A stretch of DNA of 64,000 nt from Gammaproteobacteria bacterium. GTDB lineage: Bacteria > Pseudomonadota > Gammaproteobacteria > Chromatiales > Chromatiaceae. The position numbers were made by a program, and so were the translations under genes. The stretch spans positions 1,518 through 65,517 of the forward strand of contig JASJCU010000001.1 in NCBI GenBank assembly GCA_030065815.1, given 5' to 3'. The notes beneath the pieces were generated by a model. The model was not told where the DNA came from. It saw only the letters and a program-made list of their open reading frames with translations, and made no database searches. How positions within the stretch are numbered: the first letter of the stretch is position 1; every line of letters starts with the position of its first letter. This document shows positions 58,850 to 64,000 of the stretch, in pieces.

Positions 58850-61390
58850 TCATGCCGGTACGATCTTCACCGCGGTCTTCTTGAAGTCGGTTTCTTTCGA
58901 CAGCGGGTCAGTGGCATCCAGGGTCAACTTGTTGACCAGGCGGCTGGCATCGAAGAACGGCACGAACACCAGACCTTCCGGCGGTTTGTTGCGTCCGCGG
59001 GTCTCGACCTGGCAGACGATTTCGCCGCGACGGCTGATGACCTTGGCCTGCATGCCGCGACGCAGGCCGCGCTTTTTCGCATCGGCGGGATGCATGTAGA
59101 CGAGCGCATCGGGCACCGCGCGATACAGCTCCGGCACGCGCCGGGTCATCGAACCCGAGTGCCAGTGTTCGAGCACGCGACCGGTGCTCATCCACAGGTC
59201 GTACTCGGCGTCGGGCGCCTCGGCCGGCGGCTCGTACGGCGCCGAGATGATGTTCGCCCTGCCGTCGGGCTTGCCGTAGAACTCGACGCCGGCGCCGGCC
59301 GACACGTGCGGATCGTAGCCTTCACGGTAGCGCCACAGGGTCTCCTTGCCGTCGACGACCGGCCAACGCAGGCCACGCGTCTGGTGATAACGGTCGAACT
59401 CGGCCAGTTCGTGGCCCTTCTTCGGTCCCTCGAGACCGAAGATCCGGTATTCCTCGTACAGACCCTTCTGCAGGTAGAAGCCGAAATGCTCCATCTCGTC
59501 GTTGGCGTAGGTGTTGCCGCGGTCGTCGACGACATCCTGCTTCGGATACTTGTCGACCCGGCCGTTGGCAAATAGCACGTCGTACAGCGTCTTGCCGCGG
59601 TATTGCGGCATCTTCGCGATCAGGTCCTGTGGCCACACGTCCTCGACCTGGAAGTACTTCGAGAACTCGACGGTCTGCCACAGGTCGGAGCGTGACTCGC
59701 CCGGCGCCTTGGTCTGCTGACGCCAGAACTGCGTGCGCCGCTCGGCGTTGCCGTAGGCACCCTCCTTCTCGGCCCACATCGCGGTCGGCAGGATCAGGTC
59801 GGCGGCGATCGCCGAGACCGTCGGGTACGGATCGGAGACGACGACGAAGTTGTCCGGATTGCGCCAGCCCGGGTACATCTCGTCGTTGATGTTCGGCCCG
59901 GCCTGCATGTTGTTGTTGGTCGAGACCCAGTAGCAGTTGAGCTTGCCGTCCTTGAGCATGCGGCTCTGCAGCACCGCGTGATAACCGACCTTGCCCGGCA
60001 GCGTGCCCTCGGGCAGTTGCCAGACCTTCTCGGAGAAATCGCGATGGGCCTTCTTCTTGACCACAAGGTCGGCCGGCAGGCGGTGCGCGAACGTGCCGAC
60101 CTCGCGCGCGGTGCCGCACGCCGACGGCTGGCCGGTCAGCGAGAACGGGCCGTTGCCCGGCTCGGAGATCTTGCCGGTCAGCAGGTGCACGTTGTACATC
60201 AGGCCGTTGACCCAGACACCGCGTACGTGCTGGTTGAAGCCCATGGTCCAATACGACACGACCTTCTTGTTCGGGTCGGCGTACAGCTTGGCCAGGCGCT
60301 CGAGTTTGTCCGCCGGCACCTTGGAGAGTTGCGACACGTACTCCAGCGTGTACGGCTCGAGATCTTTCTTGTACCGCTCGAAATCAATTTTGGTCAGTTT
60401 GCCCTTGCCGGCGTTCTTGGCCTTCTGCTCGCGCGGATCGGTCGGGCGCAGGCCGTAGCCGATATCGGTCGCGGTCTTCGTGAAGTTGACGTGCTGGTTG
60501 ACGAAGTCCCAGTTGACCAGGTCGTTCTGCACGATGTAGTTGGCGATGTAGTTGAGGATCGCGAGGTCGGTCTGCGGCTCGAAGATCATGCCGCTGTCGG
60601 CGAGTTCGAAGCTGCGGTGTTCGAACGTCGACAGCACGTGGACCTCGCAGCCCGGCTTGGTCAGCCGGGTGTCGGTCAGGCGCGACCACAGGATCGGGTG
60701 CATCTCGGCCATGTTCGAGCCCCACAGCACGAACGCGTCGGCGTGCTCGAGGTCGTCGTAGCAGCCCATCGGCTCGTCGGCGCCGAACGCGCGGATGAAC
60801 GCGCCGACCGCCGAGGCCATGCAGTGGCGCGCGTTCGGGTCGATGTTGTTGGAGCGGAACCCGGCCTTGTACAGCTTCGACGCCGCGTAGCCCTCCCAGA
60901 CCGTCCACTGCCCGGAACCGAACATGCCGACGCGCGACGTGATCTTGTCGGCCGGCTTGCCCTGGTTCTCTTCCAGGCTCTGTCGGATCGCGGCCTTCCA
61001 TTTGTCGGCCATGACGTCGAACGCCTCGTCCCACGACACCGGCTCGAAGTCGCCGTTCTTGTCGAATTTGCCGTTCTTCTTGCGCAGCAACGGCTGGGTC
61101 ACGCGATCCTTGCCGTACATGATCTTCGACAGGAAGTAGCCCTTGATGCAGTTCAGGCCACGATTGACCGGTGCATCCGGGTCGCCCTGCGTCGCGACGA
61201 CGCGGTCGCCCTTGGTGCCGACCAGCACCGAGCAGCCGGTACCGCAAAACCGGCATGGCGCCTTGTCCCAGCGGATGTCCTTGTCGCCCTCGGCGGCATT
61301 GACCTGCACGCCGGGTATCGTGATGCCAGCGGCGGCAGCGGTCGCGGCAATGGCGTTGGTCTTGATGAAGTCGCGGCGTGTCTGTTTCAT
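58850..61390 (-). CDS. napA: periplasmic nitrate reductase catalytic subunit NapA
   Basis: Tat leader TRRDFIK, 4Fe-4S motif CRFCGTGC, 846-aa molybdopterin oxidoreductase. Confidence 0.97.
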   Translation of the reverse strand: MKQTRRDFIKTNAIAATAAAAGITIPGVQVNAAEGDKDIRWDKAPCRFCGTGCSVLVGTKGDRVVATQGDPDAPVNRGLNCIKGYFLSKIMYGKDRVTQPLLRKKNGKFDKNGDFEPVSWDEAFDVMADKWKAAIRQSLEENQGKPADKITSRVGMFGSGQWTVWEGYAASKLYKAGFRSNNIDPNARHCMASAVGAFIRAFGADEPMGCYDDLEHADAFVLWGSNMAEMHPILWSRLTDTRLTKPGCEVHVLSTFEHRSFELADSGMIFEPQTDLAILNYIANYIVQNDLVNWDFVNQHVNFTKTATDIGYGLRPTDPREQKAKNAGKGKLTKIDFERYKKDLEPYTLEYVSQLSKVPADKLERLAKLYADPNKKVVSYWTMGFNQHVRGVWVNGLMYNVHLLTGKISEPGNGPFSLTGQPSACGTAREVGTFAHRLPADLVVKKKAHRDFSEKVWQLPEGTLPGKVGYHAVLQSRMLKDGKLNCYWVSTNNNMQAGPNINDEMYPGWRNPDNFVVVSDPYPTVSAIAADLILPTAMWAEKEGAYGNAERRTQFWRQQTKAPGESRSDLWQTVEFSKYFQVEDVWPQDLIAKMPQYRGKTLYDVLFANGRVDKYPKQDVVDDRGNTYANDEMEHFGFYLQKGLYEEYRIFGLEGPKKGHELAEFDRYHQTRGLRWPVVDGKETLWRYREGYDPHVSAGAGVEFYGKPDGRANIISAPYEPPAEAPDAEYDLWMSTGRVLEHWHSGSMTRRVPELYRAVPDALVYMHPADAKKRGLRRGMQAKVISRRGEIVCQVETRGRNKPPEGLVFVPFFDASRLVNKLTLDATDPLSKETDFKKTAVKIVPA

Positions 61391-61650
61391 TGTAGTGGCT
61401 CCTCCGGCAATTCTTCGTTGTCGATCTGGTGATAGACGAGAGACGACGACGCAACCCCGTCGAGCGTCGAAAGTTGGGTGATGGTATCGGCGCAGTGGCT
61501 GTAGGCGTCGCCCTCAACCGTGACGACCATGCGCCCGCCGTCGTTGGCATGCAGCTCGACACCGGGCATGTCGCTCAGCGCTTGTTCGACGCTGGCCGCG
61601 TTCTCGGGCCGGGACATCAGCAAAACGCCACAGACGTGGTACTCGTTCAT
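61387..61650 (-). CDS. napD: NapA chaperone NapD
   Basis: [16 protein letters not shown]... 87 aa. Its ATG overlaps the napF stop (ATGA) and its stop overlaps the napA start. Confidence 0.8.
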   Translation of the reverse strand: MNEYHVCGVLLMSRPENAASVEQALSDMPGVELHANDGGRMVVTVEGDAYSHCADTITQLSTLDGVASSSLVYHQIDNEELPEEPLQ

Positions 61651-62126
61651 GCCGCCTCCTCTACGTGGATGACATGGATGGGACACGTGGCGATGCAGCT
61701 GCCACAGCCGTTACACGTGGATGCATCGAGCAGCGGGATGGCCCGGCCGCCGGTCTGCAGTTGGAATCGAATCGCGCGTGGCTCACAGGCGTCGGCGCAC
61801 GAGCGGCAGGCGATGCCCCTGGCGCTCAGGCAGCCATCGGCGATCGCGACCGTGATCGACCACGGCGAGGTGCGCTCGCGGTCGAACGCGGCGTGGCGAC
61901 AGGCGTCGACGCAGGCCGCGCAGAACGTGCAGCCGCCGCGGCGGAAATCCACGGTCGGAAAGCCGCCGTCGCCGGCGACCAGGATGGCTTCTTCGCAGGC
62001 CTGGATACACGCATCGCAGCGCTGGCACGCGTCCTCGAACGCCGCGACCGCCCACGGTACGTGGTGCGCAATCCCTACTGCTCTGCCCCGAAAAAAAGCC
62101 CTTCGCGCGGTGTTGATCGTTGTCAT
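61647..62126 (-). CDS. napF: ferredoxin-type protein NapF
   Basis: Multiple Cys clusters (CQRCDACIQAC, CTFCAACVDAC, CRSCADAC, CNGCGSCIATC). Confidence 0.85.
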   Translation of the reverse strand: MTTINTARRAFFRGRAVGIAHHVPWAVAAFEDACQRCDACIQACEEAILVAGDGGFPTVDFRRGGCTFCAACVDACRHAAFDRERTSPWSITVAIADGCLSARGIACRSCADACEPRAIRFQLQTGGRAIPLLDASTCNGCGSCIATCPIHVIHVEEAA

Positions 62127-62198
62127 TCTGTAGGCCAGACTCTCGCCTGTCCGCAGTCAGGGTGGAAACAAGCGTAGTAGCTGGTCGCCGTCCGAAAC

Positions 62199-62212
62199 TT
62201 GAGATATATCAA
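62199..62212. promoter_or_regulatory. FNR/Dnr-type box TTGAG-ATAT-ATCAA
   Basis: 13/14 match to the fixed positions of the TTGAT-N4-ATCAA pattern, in the divergent napF/moaA gap. Its centre is ~80 bp from the napF ATG and ~65 bp from the moaA ATG. Confidence 0.5.
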
Positions 62213-62229
62213 GTCCGTCGACGCGGATT

Positions 62230-62243
62230 TTGACAATCATCAA
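62230..62243. promoter_or_regulatory. second FNR/Dnr-type box TTGAC-AATC-ATCAA
   Basis: Also one mismatch to TTGAT-N4-ATCAA. It lies 31 bp centre-to-centre from the first box. Confidence 0.45.
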
Positions 62244-62269
62244 CTCGACGTGCGATTTGGCGGGGAGCC

Positions 62270-63247
62270 ATGGCCATGCAGGATCGATTCGGCAGGCAGA
62301 TTCAATACCTCCGGCTGTCCGTGACCGACCGCTGCGACTTCCGCTGCAGCTACTGCCTGCCGCGCTCGCACCGCGATTTCGCGACCCCGGACGACTGGCT
62401 GACGCCGGCCGAGATCATCCGCCTGGTCGACGTCTTCAGCGCGCTCGGCGTCACCCACGTGCGCCTGACCGGCGGCGAGCCCCTGGTGCGTCGCGAACTG
62501 CCCGAAATCGCGGCCGGCATCGCCGCGCTGCCGCGCATCCGCGATCTGTCGCTGAGCACCAATGCGTCGCGCCTCGCGGCGTTTGCCGACCGACTGCAGG
62601 GCGCCGGCGTCACCCGCCTGAACATCAGCCTCGATTCGCTCGACCCGGACAAGTTCGGGCGCATCACCGGCGGCCGCCTGGAGCGCGTGCTCGACGGCAT
62701 CGCGGCCGCCCGCGCGGCCGGGTTCGCACCGATCAAGATCAACACCGTGGCGATGCGCGGCATCAACGACGACGAGGTCGACGCGATCGTCGACTTCTGC
62801 GTCGAGCACGGTCTGACGCTGCGCTTCATCGAGGCGATGCCGGTCGGCGCCGGCGGCCAGCAGGCGCAGGATCACTACATGCCGCTCAGCGAGGTCGAGG
62901 CGATCTTGCGCCGGCGCTTCCGCCTGGCCCCGGCGGCGATGAAGGGCAGCGGCCCGGCGCGCTACTTCCGCGTCGACGACACCGAACTGCGGATCGGCTT
63001 CATCACGCCGCAGTCGCAGCATTTCTGCGCCAGCTGCAATCGCGTACGCCTCAGCGTGCGTGGCGACCTGTACCTGTGCCTCGGCCAGGAGGACAAGGTC
63101 GAACTCGGTCGCCTGCTGCGCGACGGTGCCAGCGATGCCGAGCTCGCCGCCGCGATCGCCGCAGGTATCGACCGCAAGCCCGAGCGCCATCATTTCCTCA
63201 GCGCGCCGACCGCGATCCTGCGGCCGATGTCGTCGCTCGGCGGCTGA
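62270..63247 (+). CDS. moaA: GTP 3',8-cyclase MoaA (radical SAM)
   Basis: LRLSVTDRCDFRCSYCLP radical-SAM cluster and the C-terminal CASCNRVRLSVRGDLYLCLG cluster. Confidence 0.95.
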   Translation: MAMQDRFGRQIQYLRLSVTDRCDFRCSYCLPRSHRDFATPDDWLTPAEIIRLVDVFSALGVTHVRLTGGEPLVRRELPEIAAGIAALPRIRDLSLSTNASRLAAFADRLQGAGVTRLNISLDSLDPDKFGRITGGRLERVLDGIAAARAAGFAPIKINTVAMRGINDDEVDAIVDFCVEHGLTLRFIEAMPVGAGGQQAQDHYMPLSEVEAILRRRFRLAPAAMKGSGPARYFRVDDTELRIGFITPQSQHFCASCNRVRLSVRGDLYLCLGQEDKVELGRLLRDGASDAELAAAIAAGIDRKPERHHFLSAPTAILRPMSSLGG

Positions 63248-63252
63248 CCGCG

Positions 63253-64000
63253 TCAGCCCGGCCGACCGTCGATGCGCGGGCGCAGCAGCAGCGGCGCATA
63301 GCGCAGCACGAACAGCGCGAAGGCCGCGATCCACAGCCCGGCGGACAGATCGAGCCACAGCGCATAGCCCGGCGGCCACGCCAACGGACCGAACACGCGC
63401 ACCGCGGCGGCGACGTTGACCAGCACGAACGCGCCGGCCGTGATCCGCGAGACCTGGATCGGCCGCCCGGTATGCCCGCGCGCCACACGCGCCATCATGC
63501 CGAGCGTGAACACGCCGATCGCGCCGACGGTCAGCGCGTGGGTCGCCGATGCCGCCGGGATGTGGCCGAGACCGGCGAGGCCGCGCAGCAGCGCGCCGAC
63601 CGCGAACCACGCGTAGCCGGCGTGCAGCACCCACAGCACCGGCATCGTCAGCACGCGCCGCTCGAACCAGCCGGCGAGGCGCAGCAACTGCAGCGCGCCG
63701 ACCGCGATCCACAGCGCGGCCGCGAGCGCGCCGGCGGCGGGCACGAACGGGTCGAGCACGACCAGTGCGCACAGCCCGGCGAACGTGCCGACCTCGACCC
63801 AGCGCCGCGTCAGCGGCGCGAATCCGGCGATCACGTTGGCGGTGAAGAACGGCAGCACGCGGCCGCCGACCAGCGCGATCAACAGCAGCACCAGGACCAG
63901 CATCGCGCGCCGCGGATCGCCGACCACGTCGAGCATGCCGCGCAGCTGCAGCTGCGAGGCCAGGCCGGCCAGCGCCATCGCGACCAGCAACGGCACGACG
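63253..64000 (-). CDS. nnrS: NnrS-family heme/copper membrane protein (3' part; the gene continues past the right edge)
   Basis: Multi-TM protein with THALTVGAIGVFTLGMMARVARGHTGR. The reading frame is open to the window end. Confidence 0.8.
   Translation of the reverse strand, partial: VVPLLVAMALAGLASQLQLRGMLDVVGDPRRAMLVLVLLLIALVGGRVLPFFTANVIAGFAPLTRRWVEVGTFAGLCALVVLDPFVPAAGALAAALWIAVGALQLLRLAGWFERRVLTMPVLWVLHAGYAWFAVGALLRGLAGLGHIPAASATHALTVGAIGVFTLGMMARVARGHTGRPIQVSRITAGAFVLVNVAAAVRVFGPLAWPPGYALWLDLSAGLWIAAFALFVLRYAPLLLRPRIDGRPG

Noticed and set aside
62127-62269. Molybdenum-cofactor riboswitch upstream of moaA.
   Set aside because: The leader available between the candidate promoter boxes and the ATG is only a few tens of nucleotides. 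I saw none of the conserved Moco-motif stems. A covariance-model scan would be needed to be sure.

Overview
This is a high-GC bacterial chromosomal window. Gene content and synteny look gammaproteobacterial, with markers of a sulfur-oxidising, nitrate-respiring lifestyle. I support about 65 protein genes, a three-tRNA operon (Pro-Arg-His), several short repeats, terminators and candidate regulator boxes. I saw no rRNA, CRISPR array, transposase or integrase.

Housekeeping blocks:
- ribBA(partial) / ribE-ribD-nrdR-glyA
- folD, ettA, msrPQ, slyX-purL
- bamC-dapA / gcvR-bcp-phoH
- cysG, cca, pepN, grx-hslR

Accessory or lifestyle blocks:
- A napFDABC periplasmic nitrate reductase operon with moaA and nnrS, and two FNR-type boxes in the napF/moaA gap.
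- A rhd-tusA-dsrE2-like sulfur relay beside a LysR regulator and a FadL-family porin.
- Two Gly/Tyr-rich secreted paralogs that resemble sulfur-globule envelope proteins.
- Several two-component and c-di-GMP-type signalling genes with degenerate catalytic motifs.

The most unusual locus is a ~4.5 kb insert that splits the normally contiguous ribE-ribBA junction. It carries three T4-gp19/eCIS-type tail-tube paralogs, one of them fused to an AAA+ domain whose Walker A and B motifs are destroyed, plus a catalytically intact patatin phospholipase. The insert has no sheath, baseplate, capsid or integrase genes.

Many long ORFs in the six-frame track are antisense or off-frame shadows typical of high-GC DNA and were not called. 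All family assignments come from motif recognition by eye; no database search was run.
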